64,000 nt of DNA from Candidatus Latescibacterota bacterium (GCA_965222075.1 OZ244937.1:3936001-4000000), one strand, 5' to 3'. Counted from the first letter of the stretch, positions 47,268 to 56,795 are shown. Translations and numbers: made by a program. The notes: a model not told the origin generated them from the sequence alone.

Positions 47268-48037
47268 ACATCATCGAAATCTCCCCCTTCCAACTCCTGC
47301 TTTGCCTCATCTTCGTCCTGATCGCGGGCACCGGCTCCGTCGTCTTCAGGTTGAACCTGGAAAAAGACCTCGCCTGGGGCACCGTGCGCACCTTCGCCCA
47401 GCTCTTCATGGTCGGCTATGTCCTCAAATACATCTTCCAGATCAACAACGCCGCCCTCATCCTGGTCCTCTTCATCTGGATGGTCTTCTGGGCCGCGCAC
47501 GCCATCCGGTCGCGGGTGCAGGAGCGGGCCGTCCCCTTCTTCATTCCCACTTTCATTTCGATGGTCGTCAGCTACACCCTCGTTTCCATCCTCGTCACCG
47601 CCGCCATCGTCCAGGTCAAACCCTGGTACACGCCCCAGTACTTCATCCCCCTGGGCGGCATGATCGTCGGCAACTCCATGAACGCCATCACCATCGCCCT
47701 GGAACGCCTCTTCTCCGACCTCCGCAAACAGCGCGGCCAGATCGAACTCGCCTTCTGCCTGGGCGCAACCTACCAGGAAGCCACCGCCGCCATCCTCCGC
47801 GACGTCATCAAAGCCGGCATGATCCCCTCCATCAACGCCCTCATGACCGTCGGCCTCGTCTCCCTCCCCGGCATGATGACCGGCCAGATCCTGGCCGGTT
47901 CGAACCCCCTCACCGCCATCAAATACCAGATCGTCGTTATGCTCATGATCGTCGCCGCGGCCGCCATCGGTTCAATCATCGTCGTCCACGTCGTCCGCAG
48001 GCGCTGCTTCACCCACGCGCACCAGATGGCGATTTAA
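47264..48037 (+). CDS. fetB: iron export ABC transporter permease (FetB/YbbM)
   Basis: RTFAQL, PWYTPQYFIPLGGMIVGNSMN, GLVSLPGMMTGQILAG, AIKYQI; GTG overlaps the fetA stop. Confidence 0.9.
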   Translation: MNIIEISPFQLLLCLIFVLIAGTGSVVFRLNLEKDLAWGTVRTFAQLFMVGYVLKYIFQINNAALILVLFIWMVFWAAHAIRSRVQERAVPFFIPTFISMVVSYTLVSILVTAAIVQVKPWYTPQYFIPLGGMIVGNSMNAITIALERLFSDLRKQRGQIELAFCLGATYQEATAAILRDVIKAGMIPSINALMTVGLVSLPGMMTGQILAGSNPLTAIKYQIVVMLMIVAAAAIGSIIVVHVVRRRCFTHAHQMAI

Positions 48038-48077
48038 ATACACCCCTCCCCAATCCGCAATTGAAGGGGGGTCAGGT

Positions 48078-48956
48078 CTATACCGGCATCGCCCGCTCCG
48101 TGTAGTCCCTCCCAACCTTCGCCGCCGCCTCTCCGGTGCGGCTGGAACAGATCATCACCCCCTCCTCGATCATGCTCACCACATTCTCTGTATACACCCC
48201 GTTCAAAAAGGCCAGCCCGGCGGCTTTGGACGCGGCCATCACCCGGGCGCGGGCGGCCTGCATCTCTTGGGGATAGGGCGCGTCGTGGGCAGTGGGATAG
48301 CCGTGGGACATGCCCATATCCCCGGGGCCCCACTCCGCAAAAGCAATACCGGGAACTTTCGTACTCGCCTCGGCATTTGCCAGCGCCCGCTTATTCTCGA
48401 TCTTCAGACCCAGCATCAACTCGCCCTTCGGGTTCAGAGGCCACACATCCGCCACCTCTAAGTACTTCTGCACGGGCACCCCCCAGACCGCAGCGGCCGA
48501 GCCCTGCCCTCCTGCGCCTCGCCGTCCCTCACTCAGTCCCTCTCCCACACCGGTGGTGTGAAAGGGATACCGGCAGGCCTCCACAAACGCCCGAACCGCT
48601 TCGGGGGTCTCCGCGTGACACAGCAGCACCCCGTGCACCCCTCTGGCCAGGGCCTGCTTGAACATCCACGCGTTCGCCCGCACCACCGCCTCGCTCGATC
48701 CGTCCACCGGCAGGTCCACGATCACCGCCGGCGTGCGGTGTCCGCTCGCGGCCGGCCCTCCGTCCACCAGCCCCCGCATGAACTCCCCCAAAGCGTGCAG
48801 ATCAAACGTCCCGTGCTCCATACTCACGTTGATATAATCGGCCCACGTCCCGGCCATCGCCCTGCCGCCCTCATAGGAGAGATCCGGCGCGCCGGTATAA
48901 TAAATCGGCTGTCCCTGGTCCAGCAACGCAACCGCCTTATTGATCCGCTCTGGCAT
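48078..48956 (-). CDS. HpcH/HpaI aldolase / citrate lyase family protein
   Basis: SMEHG, LARGVHG, LKIEN, EWGPGDMGMS. Confidence 0.85.
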   Translation of the reverse strand: MPERINKAVALLDQGQPIYYTGAPDLSYEGGRAMAGTWADYINVSMEHGTFDLHALGEFMRGLVDGGPAASGHRTPAVIVDLPVDGSSEAVVRANAWMFKQALARGVHGVLLCHAETPEAVRAFVEACRYPFHTTGVGEGLSEGRRGAGGQGSAAAVWGVPVQKYLEVADVWPLNPKGELMLGLKIENKRALANAEASTKVPGIAFAEWGPGDMGMSHGYPTAHDAPYPQEMQAARARVMAASKAAGLAFLNGVYTENVVSMIEEGVMICSSRTGEAAAKVGRDYTERAMPV

Positions 48957-49027
48957 AGATGACCTCATATTCAAAAAACAAACCCGGGGGTTGGGTGGCC
49001 AGGCCAATTTTCAATTCCCCTACCCCG

Positions 49028-49813
49028 CTACACCGTCGCTCCCTCTCCCCCGTCGATATTAATCGCCGCGCCGGTGATAAACCCCGCACGTTCGGACACC
49101 AGGAACGCCACCAGATCGCCCACCTCGCTCGCCTCCCCCATCCGGCCGAGCGGGATACGCTTCCCCTGTTCAACGCACCAGTCCTCATAGCTCAACGCAC
49201 TGCCCGACGCCTCCCACGCGCGCACCCCCTGCGCCGTTTTGATATTCGTCAGGCACACCGTATTCACGCGGATCCCGTGCTGCGCCATATCTTTCGACAG
49301 CGCCTTGGTCATCGCGATACCCGCCGCCCGGCTCACCGACGTCGGCACCGAATTCGCCCCCGGCGCTTTCCCGCCCGGATGCGTAATATTGATAATGCTG
49401 CCCCGCTCCCTCGCCTTCATATGCGGAATCGCCAGACGCGAGCCACGAACCGCCGCCCAGAACTTCAGGTCAAAATCCTCCTGCCACATCTCCTCGGTTG
49501 CATCCTCAAAATAGCTCCCTGCCGACCGTCCCGCATTGTTGACCAGGATATCGATCCCCCCAAACGCCTCAACGGCCGCACCGAAGAAACCCTCCAGTTC
49601 TTCCACCACCGTCACGTCCGCAGGCACCGCCAGCACCTCGGCCCCTGTCTCCTGCCGGATCTCCCCGCCTGCCGCCTCCAGCACATCGGGGCGCCGCGCA
49701 CAGATCGCCACCCGGCACCCCTCTTCCGCAAGTTTGTGAGCAACCCCCCTGCCGACCCCTTCGCTCCCGCCGGTAACAAGCGCGACCTGCCCTGTAAGAT
49801 TGAGCTCAAGCAT
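49028..49813 (-). CDS. SDR family oxidoreductase
   Basis: TGGSEGVG, LVNNAG, IPLGRMG, INIDGG. Confidence 0.9.
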   Translation of the reverse strand: MLELNLTGQVALVTGGSEGVGRGVAHKLAEEGCRVAICARRPDVLEAAGGEIRQETGAEVLAVPADVTVVEELEGFFGAAVEAFGGIDILVNNAGRSAGSYFEDATEEMWQEDFDLKFWAAVRGSRLAIPHMKARERGSIINITHPGGKAPGANSVPTSVSRAAGIAMTKALSKDMAQHGIRVNTVCLTNIKTAQGVRAWEASGSALSYEDWCVEQGKRIPLGRMGEASEVGDLVAFLVSERAGFITGAAINIDGGEGATV

Positions 49814-49883
49814 ATTCGTATCCTTTCTCTTTCCAGATCCGGGGCGCAGGATGCTGCGCCCCTGCGCATGCATGACCTTACTA

Positions 49884-51425
49884 TTACTCCCAATCCTCCA
49901 AAATCACCCCCGCCGCATTGTGTCCCGGCGCCCCCGTCACCTCACCTCCCGGATGCGTTCCCGCGCCGCAGAGGTAGAGATTCTGGATCGGCGTTCGGTA
50001 ATGCGCCCACCCAGCCAGCGGCCGCTGCGCGAGGAACTGGCTGGGCACGATATCCAGGTGCCGGATATTCCCGTCCGTCAGCCCCACCCGCCGCTCCAGG
50101 TCCAGCGGCGTAAACAGCGACCAGTCCACGATTACATCCCGGATATTGGGCGCATAAACCGCCAGCGCATCGATCAGATGCTCCCCCACCTCCTCTCGCC
50201 GCTCGTCCCACGTCCCCTTGCGCAGATGCACCGGCGCGTAAAGCACCCAGATCGACATCACGTGATGCCCCTCCGGTGCCATACGCTCATCGTACACCGA
50301 CGGAATCTGCACCTCCATCACCGGAGTCCGCGACGGCCGCCCCTGCTTCGCATCCTCCCAGCTGCTCTCAAAGTACTCAATAGAAGGACAGAGCTTCATC
50401 TCCGCCACGTAACGAGGATCAAAGTCCCCGTCAAAACAGGCCGAAAAATCCGGCAGCCCGTTCAGCGCCGCGTGAAACTTGAGGTATCCCGCCTCCGTCT
50501 TCAGCCGGCCAACGCGGTGGCCGAAATCGGCGTCGAGATCGTCCTCCCCCACAAGCTTGAGAAACGTGCGCTTCGGATCTGCATTCGAAACAACAATCCG
50601 GCTGCGGATCTCCGTCCCATCCGCAAGCAAGACTCCGCACACCTTCCCGTCCTCAATTAAAATACGCGCCACCTCCACACCGGTTCGCAGCGTCGCGCCC
50701 CGCGAGCGTGCGGCCGCCGCCAGCGCCTGTGTGATTCCCCCCATGCCCCCCTTCACAATGCCCACGTTCTCCGGCTTGCTGAACGTATTGCACCTGATGT
50801 ACGCATAGCACCAGGCACTGCCCGGCGCCGCGGGATCTCCCACGTCCTGCGCCTGGATAAACGCCCCACGCACCGCCTCCGACTCGAAAAACTCGGTCAC
50901 AATATCCACCATACTGGCGGTCAACAACCGGTCCAGCAGCGCCTCGTCGCCTGTGCCGCGCACCCGTTCGGCAATTTCACTCACCGTAGGCGGTGGCGTC
51001 AAAAAATAGGGATAAATAATTCCTGCTGCCCGTTCCCAAAACGCCAGCCAGTCCGGATAGTTCTCCGCATCCCGCCGGGAAAACCGGGCAATCTCCTCCT
51101 GCGTCTTCGCCACATCGTCCCAGACCAGCAGCCGCGTCCCGTCCGGATACGGCTGAAACCGCGACGGATCCAAGTGGTAGACCTCAAACCCGTGCTCCCG
51201 AAGCCCCAGCTCTTTGATCACCTTCGTCTGCAGCAGATGGCAGATGTACGAACAGGCCGAAAACCGGTACCCCGGAAACAACTCCTCCGTTGTGCACGCC
51301 CCCCCCAGCACCTCTCGCCGCTCCAGCACCACCACGTCCAGTCCCGCCCCTGCCAGATACCCCGCCGCCACCAGCCCGTTGTGTCCCCCCCCCAGAATAA
51401 CAGCATCATGGTCCGCCCGAGCCAT
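49884..51425 (-). CDS. phytoene dehydrogenase-like FAD-dependent oxidoreductase
   Basis: GGGHNGLVAA, LGGAC, GGMGGIT, LYLCGAGTHPGGEVTGAPGHNAA. Confidence 0.9.
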   Translation of the reverse strand: MARADHDAVILGGGHNGLVAAGYLAGAGLDVVVLERREVLGGACTTEELFPGYRFSACSYICHLLQTKVIKELGLREHGFEVYHLDPSRFQPYPDGTRLLVWDDVAKTQEEIARFSRRDAENYPDWLAFWERAAGIIYPYFLTPPPTVSEIAERVRGTGDEALLDRLLTASMVDIVTEFFESEAVRGAFIQAQDVGDPAAPGSAWCYAYIRCNTFSKPENVGIVKGGMGGITQALAAAARSRGATLRTGVEVARILIEDGKVCGVLLADGTEIRSRIVVSNADPKRTFLKLVGEDDLDADFGHRVGRLKTEAGYLKFHAALNGLPDFSACFDGDFDPRYVAEMKLCPSIEYFESSWEDAKQGRPSRTPVMEVQIPSVYDERMAPEGHHVMSIWVLYAPVHLRKGTWDERREEVGEHLIDALAVYAPNIRDVIVDWSLFTPLDLERRVGLTDGNIRHLDIVPSQFLAQRPLAGWAHYRTPIQNLYLCGAGTHPGGEVTGAPGHNAAGVILEDWE

Positions 51426-51518
51426 CGCAGTCTCTCCTTCTCACATTTTTAGCTCCATCGGTGGTTGCTTTTTCAAGCCCGTAGACAGCCTATCGCAGCG
51501 ACGCGCAGGTGTGACATA

Positions 51519-52163
51519 TCAACCGCCTCCGGCCCATCGCACCCCCTGCTCGACCAACCGCTGCATCGCAGGCCTCCCAAACGTTCCCGGCCCATGCCCC
51601 AGCGTCGTATAAAACACGCGGCCACCGCCATAGGACTTCACCCAGGCCATCGGGTGCGTCCGGCCGTGCCACTCCGCCGAGGCCAGAATGTGGAGATAAG
51701 GATCGTATGCCGAAATATAGATCTCATCCTCCACTTCAAAATCCTCGATCCCCTGCGTCACCGGATGCTCGGCCTCCTCAATATGCACCGTAAAAGACAG
51801 CCCCGGCGGATGCCAGTTCGCGTGACCCCCAAGAAGGTTCACCGCTCGCCCGCCAATCCACCACCCCGTCCCGTGAATGCCCACCAACCCCTTCCCGCCC
51901 CTGACGAATTGAAACAACCCCTCCTCCTGCTCCGGCATTAGATCCGGCTCCCGCTTCACCGACCCATCCCCCTGGGGGACCGCCCGGGTGAATCCCGTCC
52001 CGAACACGCACACGTCAAATCCGTCCAACTCGGACGACGCCAAAATCGTCTTGTCTTCCGTCAGCGTCCCTGAAAGGTCGCTCTGTGCCGTGAGAAAACC
52101 GCAAATCACCTCCGCGCTCTCCTCAAACCCGTGGTTTCTGCCGGACAGTATCAAAACGTTCAT
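51519..52163 (-). CDS. ThuA-domain protein
   Basis: GKGLVGIH, HPVTQG...DEIY, PMAWVKSYGGGRVFYTTLGH. Confidence 0.88.
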   Translation of the reverse strand: MNVLILSGRNHGFEESAEVICGFLTAQSDLSGTLTEDKTILASSELDGFDVCVFGTGFTRAVPQGDGSVKREPDLMPEQEEGLFQFVRGGKGLVGIHGTGWWIGGRAVNLLGGHANWHPPGLSFTVHIEEAEHPVTQGIEDFEVEDEIYISAYDPYLHILASAEWHGRTHPMAWVKSYGGGRVFYTTLGHGPGTFGRPAMQRLVEQGVRWAGGG

Positions 52164-52234
52164 CGTAACGCCCCCTTTTCCGTTTTCTTGACCCCTTCCT
52201 GGGTTTTCTCCCCATCCCGGACGATTGGCTCACG

Positions 52235-52268
52235 CCTGCCTGCCGAGCATCCATCCGGCGCAGGCAGG
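52235..52268. repeat. CCTGCCTG-N18-CAGGCAGG palindromic element
   Basis: perfect 8-bp terminal inverted repeat, 34 bp, intergenic. Confidence 0.8.
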
Positions 52269-52309
52269 TCTCCGGGTGGTCTGTCGTGTGTGGTCTAACA
52301 GCCTCTCAC

Positions 52310-53074
52310 TCAAATCAACCCCCACAACCGCCTCCGCTCCTCGCTCCACCCCTCCCACTCCCCGGCAAAAACGTGCTTCACCGCCTCAAGGTCCCGCTTG
52401 CGCCCCCCCGGTGGAAAATAATTCCAGCCCATTGCCCGCCGGGGCCCCGCAGCCGTCTTCACCCCCGTCGCATGCCAGCAGCTTGGCGTCCACACCAGCG
52501 ACCAGCGGGGGTCCAGCACCACCTCCACCTCGTGCGGATGCCGTGCGAACATCATCCTGGGCGGACGATCGTGCTGTCCGGTCGCCAACTCCAGCTGCCG
52601 CAACTCTTCTTCCACCTCTGCTTCGGGCCTCAGATGGCTCCCCGGTAGAACCCGCAGCGGCGCATTCGTCGGATCGTGCCGGTCCAGCGCCGTCCGTATC
52701 GATACCTGCTTTACCTCAGGGCTCCCGTCTGCGTGCCAGTGCACCTGGCGCTGGGGCCGTCCGTCCTCTGCAATCGTCCCGGAGGCGTCCCCCAGCCCGC
52801 AGGCCCCGATATGCACTTCGTCACAGTCCAGAATACGCCTGGCCGCATCCACCAGATCCGGCTGTTCGATAAGCTGCAAAACCGGTTCACCAACCATAAA
52901 CAGCTGGCAGGCCAGCCGGTTCAACCCTTCAGGCCAGTCCGTCTGCTCCCACTGCGCTTCGATCTCGCGCTGAATCGAGTCGACCTGATGCATCTTTTCC
53001 TCGCCCAGCGGATTGGGAACCAGAAAAAACCCCTGCCGGTGAAAGTGTTCAATCTGTTCGTTCGTTATGTCCAT
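52310..53074 (-). CDS. phytanoyl-CoA dioxygenase (PhyH) family protein
   Basis: FHRQGFFLV, WHAD, LRVLPGSH, WHA. Confidence 0.85.
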   Translation of the reverse strand: MDITNEQIEHFHRQGFFLVPNPLGEEKMHQVDSIQREIEAQWEQTDWPEGLNRLACQLFMVGEPVLQLIEQPDLVDAARRILDCDEVHIGACGLGDASGTIAEDGRPQRQVHWHADGSPEVKQVSIRTALDRHDPTNAPLRVLPGSHLRPEAEVEEELRQLELATGQHDRPPRMMFARHPHEVEVVLDPRWSLVWTPSCWHATGVKTAAGPRRAMGWNYFPPGGRKRDLEAVKHVFAGEWEGWSEERRRLWGLI

Positions 53075-53189
53075 TCGTCCCCCAGGGAAAGCATGGCTGA
53101 ATTTTTTTGGAGTTAAACCTAAAGAGACAGTTTCACGTGAGCAGATCTCTCTAACAGCAACTTCTCAGTATTTAATACAGCACGGGCTG

Positions 53190-54329
53190 TCAATCTGTCT
53201 GCACCAGCCGCCCTGCCCTCACGGTAGCCAGCGGCTCCCAGCATCCCCCCGGCCGTTCGACGTCCCGCACATCGCGCAAGCGTCCCTCCTCGTTCCAGTG
53301 CAACACGGCCAGATCGGCACAGGCGCCGGCGGCCAGCGTGCCGGCCTCCCCCTTCAGCCCAAGCAGCTCCGCCGGCCGTGCGGTAGCACGCGCCAGGACT
53401 TCGGTTTCCGGCATGCCGGCGGCGATGAACTTCGATATCGTCCTCGGCAGATCGTGCGGCGGGTCGCTGCCGATATGGCGGTTGTACTGATCGGTGGAAA
53501 CGGTGTGGGGGTAAAACCCCTCGGCGATGGCGGGCTCGGCGTGGGCAAAGCTGAAGGACTGCATGCCGTTACAGCCGTCGAACAGAACCCCCCGCTCTTT
53601 CGCCTCCCAGACTGCTCGCCGGACCTTTCCGTCGGCGATGATGTTGTCTTCGAGGAAAGCGAAGGTGTAGGTGACGAGGTCGCCCGCCCGCAAATGGAGC
53701 AGCTGCTCCTCCAGGGGGAAGTCCCTGTTGAACCGCGGACCGTACAGGATGGGACGCCCGCTACGCTCGGCCGCTTCGATCCCCCGACGCATGATCTCTC
53801 TCGGGTCGTGGGTGACGGCCGGATTGTGCATGGTGTTGAACGCGATGCCCCAGATCTCCTCTCCAGCTGCAGCGATCGTGGCGACGCAGAGACCGACGTC
53901 GGCGTTTTCGAGGTGCTCGAAACAGTGGCCCGCCTGCGATTCGCCGTATTTCGACAGGTGCAGGGCCAGTCGCACCCGGGTGCGGCAGGCGTGGATGACC
54001 TCGTCGTGATAGGCCGGCCAGTTGAGGGCGCCGGCGTCCCCCTGCGACATGCAGGTGGTAACCCCGCGCGGCAGGAAGTGCTCGTCCGGATTGACGCCGT
54101 ACCGCGAACCGCCTCTGGCCGGGTGAGCGTGCATGTCGACCAGACCGGGGAGAAGCAGGGCGTCGGGGTAGTCCAGGCTCTGCGATGCGGTCCCTGAGAC
54201 GTCGGGGCCGGCGGCGGCGATGCGGTCACCGCACACGGCGACGGCGCCCGGGCCATCCAGGCCGGTCTCGGCGCAGAAGATGCGACCGGCCGAAATCAGC
54301 AGATCATACGAGTCGGTTGTCCCGGACAT
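53190..54329 (-). CDS. amidohydrolase/deacetylase family metallohydrolase (dihydroorotase-like)
   Basis: PGLVDMHAH, GVTT, GDAG, VSTD, TARPAELLG, GACADL. Confidence 0.85.
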   Translation of the reverse strand: MSGTTDSYDLLISAGRIFCAETGLDGPGAVAVCGDRIAAAGPDVSGTASQSLDYPDALLLPGLVDMHAHPARGGSRYGVNPDEHFLPRGVTTCMSQGDAGALNWPAYHDEVIHACRTRVRLALHLSKYGESQAGHCFEHLENADVGLCVATIAAAGEEIWGIAFNTMHNPAVTHDPREIMRRGIEAAERSGRPILYGPRFNRDFPLEEQLLHLRAGDLVTYTFAFLEDNIIADGKVRRAVWEAKERGVLFDGCNGMQSFSFAHAEPAIAEGFYPHTVSTDQYNRHIGSDPPHDLPRTISKFIAAGMPETEVLARATARPAELLGLKGEAGTLAAGACADLAVLHWNEEGRLRDVRDVERPGGCWEPLATVRAGRLVQTD

Positions 54330-54341
54330 GGATCGTTCCTC

Positions 54342-54357
54342 ATTCGTGGCCCCGCCA
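54342..54357 (+). repeat. left copy of a 16-bp direct repeat (att-like)
   Basis: ATTCGTGGCCCCGCCA, identical to 56082-56097. Confidence 0.7.
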
Positions 54358-54394
54358 AGCTCGACGGCACCGACACGGCCGCGACCTCACAATC

Positions 54395-55421
54395 TCAAGA
54401 AGAAAGCTCTACGTTAGATGGCCTACTCTTGCCCTCGCAAAAATACATCGCCTTGAACCGTTCCATTTGTTTGATTTTGTCGATCAGCACGCGTTCCTGC
54501 TGTGAACTCGCCACATTTCGAACCAGGGACCTGGCATCCACCTCGGTCAATCGCAAAACGAGATAGTTGGCGATGGCCGAAAACACCGAGACGTGGAAGT
54601 CCCGCGCCTCTTGCGAGGCGAGCACCAGCGAGATGCCGTATTTCCGGCACTCCTTGGCCATGGTAGGAATGAGTTTGAGGCCAGCACCTCTCCCGCCTCC
54701 CGGCTGCCCTCATCGTCCCGTCCCGCGAACAAAACAGACAGGCTCGCGCACAACGAGTACACATCGGAGCGACGATCCGCTGCCCCGAGTCCTTGGGCAC
54801 GCACTTCGGGAGCAATCGCATTGTCTCCTTCGTCTTCTGCACTGCTGGAGACCGCCACCGTAATATCGTCGGGAATCCGGGCGTGTTGGAAACCAGTCAG
54901 GATCGGTTCGTTGTCGTGCTTGACGAGAACCGTGCCCGGCGTGAGGTTCCGGTGCAGCATGGGTTCGCCATCCTCGCCCGCTTCTGCCACGCTTTCAATG
55001 TGTGGAACCGAACGCCGCGGACAGCCCGGCCCTCAAGCAGCTTGACTTTCGCGGCATCCTGCGTGACCAGGAATACCCCATCCACCCGACCGAGTTCCGA
55101 GATAATCCGGCGCAATGTGGTACCAACCTTGCGTGCCTTGTCCGTTAGGCACTCGGCCTCGCGCTCCACAAGTTCGGCGTTGCGCTTCACCCAAGCCGCG
55201 GTCCAGTGCTTGACCTCAATGACCCGCACCCCGGGCGGGCCGATGGCGACAATGTCGATTTCGTCGGATTGTCGTCGGTGGGTGGCGGAAAACACGAGAT
55301 TTGTCAACAGCAGCCACTCGCCATCGCCCAATTCGGAAATCAAGCCCGACTTAAGCCGCCCAATGGCCTTCTGTTCGCTGTCGTTGGCCACAGGCCCGCA
55401 GTTAATGAGGGTTACCTTCAT
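54395..55421 (-). pseudogene. collapsed NERD nuclease - Ser/Thr kinase - HerA/FtsK-like ATPase gene
   Basis: NERD segment (EIDIVAIGPPGVRVIEVKHW) shifts frame at ~54980 to a kinase segment (HRNLTP..APE..SDVYSL), then at ~54680 to an ATPase tail (AKECRKYGISLVLASQ). Confidence 0.75.
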
Positions 55422-55455
55422 GCAGAGTTACCTTTCTCCCCTAAGGTTTTGGGAC

Positions 55456-55580
55456 TCATGCGCTCCAAGGCGGGGTGACGATCTCATACTTGGGACCGCT
55501 GACACGGCTGAGTCTTCTGTCCAACGTCAGCAGTGAACAGTTGCACTCCTCAGCCCCAATGCTACGTACCAAGCATCGTA
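55456..55580 (-). pseudogene. VapC/PIN toxin C-terminal relic
   Basis: YDAWYVAL, frameshift, AEECNCSLLTLDRRLSRVSGP; 5' part replaced by the IS relic. Confidence 0.7.
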
Positions 55581-55731
55581 ACCCGAGGCGATCGACGCAC
55601 AATGGAAAGTAGCGCCTTTTTTGCCTGTGACGCGTCTGGATACTCAGGGGGAAAAAGCGGGTTTACGTCCCCGCCCAGATCGAATCTGTAACCCTGAGAT
55701 CCCTTCGGCCTGGTAACGATTTACCCACTCA

Positions 55732-55769
55732 CCTGCCTGTGCGTGCGGGGGCACGCACGCAGATTCAGG
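55732..55769. repeat. 38-bp CCTG...CAGG palindromic element inserted in the transposase
   Basis: CCTGCCTGTGCGTGCGGGGGCACGCACGCAGATTCAGG; its removal restores codon TAT. Confidence 0.8.
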
Positions 55770-55815
55770 TATATCGTGTCTTTACGTCGCTTTTTTAATA
55801 ATCCCCTTTGGGCTA

Positions 55816-55848
55816 CCTGCCTGCGCCAAGCGGAGCGCGGCAGGCAGG
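55816..55848. repeat. 33-bp CCTGCCTG-N17-CAGGCAGG element inserted in frame in the transposase
   Basis: adds ACLPRSAWRRQ between SGRQ and VAQRG. Confidence 0.85.
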
Positions 55849-56081
55849 CCTGACGGCCTGACATCCCAGAAGCAATCTTTAAAATCGCACAGGCACGTTC
55901 ACGCATATACGGCTTGTCCGAATGGTCGCGGGCCTGTTCCACTTCGCTGCTTTGCTCTGCTGTCAACGAAATCCTCAGTATTTTAGGCATCAGATCACCT
56001 CCTTATACTGAGGATACAACATCTGAACGCTTATAGCACGATTATTTTTTTAATCTTCATAAGGCCGGGGCTTTTCTCCCG

Positions 56082-56097
56082 ATTCGTGGCCCCGCCA
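56082..56097 (+). repeat. right copy of the 16-bp direct repeat (att-like)
   Basis: ATTCGTGGCCCCGCCA, identical to 54342-54357. Confidence 0.7.
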
Positions 56098-56250
56098 CCG
56101 CGATTTCCAAAGCCCTGCACCACCCGCATTCATTCCCGTCCACAGGACGGGGCATTATGCGAGATATTCGTAAAAATATACGACTGCTTGACTGAGAAAC
56201 CAACCGTTTTCAATACCACAGGAGAAACACCTACCAGGCCTCGCCCGTCT

Positions 56251-56360
56251 GAGAAGCTGTTTTAAAATTCCCGGTGAGTTCCCCAGCGTGAGGGGCGCGC
56301 AGCGCAGGCAAGCGTTTTTGCAGCCGCGCGAAGACCGCTGGGGGTTTTAAGACAGTTGTC
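56251..56360. mobile_element. ~110-bp MITE-like element with imperfect terminal inverted repeats
   Basis: AGCTGTTTTAAAATTCCC / GGGGTTTTAAGACAGTT; left end repeated at 22406-22440. Confidence 0.6.
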
Positions 56361-56519
56361 CTGCGCCCTTTGGGGCACCCATTATGATGAAAATAGTTGC
56401 GTTGACAGACTTGTACTGTAACCGTCCATGCCCGCTCACACGTTTCGCCTCTGCGATCCCCCTCCCCACCGGCCAGGTATCGACCACTGCGGGTTGGCGC
56501 CCCTAACTTGCCGACTCCC

Positions 56520-56750
56520 CCGGTCTGGTGCGGGGGGAAGGGGCTTTTCCGCGCAGATCCCCCCAGCACCATCGCCCAACAACGCCCAAAAGGTCCGCTG
56601 GGCACAAACGCCTGCTTCCACCACAGGGGCAGTTCGCGGAAAAGCAGCCCCCGCGGCGTCTGAGCGGCCTGCCTGCAGCGCGGTGCGCCGCGCAGGCAGG
56701 CGCCCTTCTTTTTCGGCCTTTTTCTTGGGCGAACAAGAAAAAGGCCAGGA
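56520..56750. other. highly structured non-coding element
   Basis: GCTTTTCCGCG/CGCGGAAAAGC long-range stem; perfect 13-bp hairpin GGCCTTTTTCTTG-GGCGAA-CAAGAAAAAGGCC. Confidence 0.55.
56668..56700. repeat. 33-bp CCTGCCTG-N17-CAGGCAGG palindromic element
   Basis: perfect 8-bp terminal inverted repeat; interrupts the hairpin GGCGTC-TGAGC-GGCGCC. Confidence 0.8.
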
Positions 56751-56795
56751 GTAAAAGAACAGTTGGACCTGGGTATCTGTTATTTTCCAAGCAGT

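Larger units (their letters stand above)
55581..56033 (-). mobile_element. truncated IS630-like transposase relic with two palindrome insertions
   Basis: AAGGAGGTG + ATG 55990; after removing the inserts it reads MPKILRISL...SGRQVAQRGLL...DTIYEWVNRYQAEGISGL...GRGRKPAFSP* with a TTTTTCCCCC slippery site; DDE domain absent. Confidence 0.75.
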
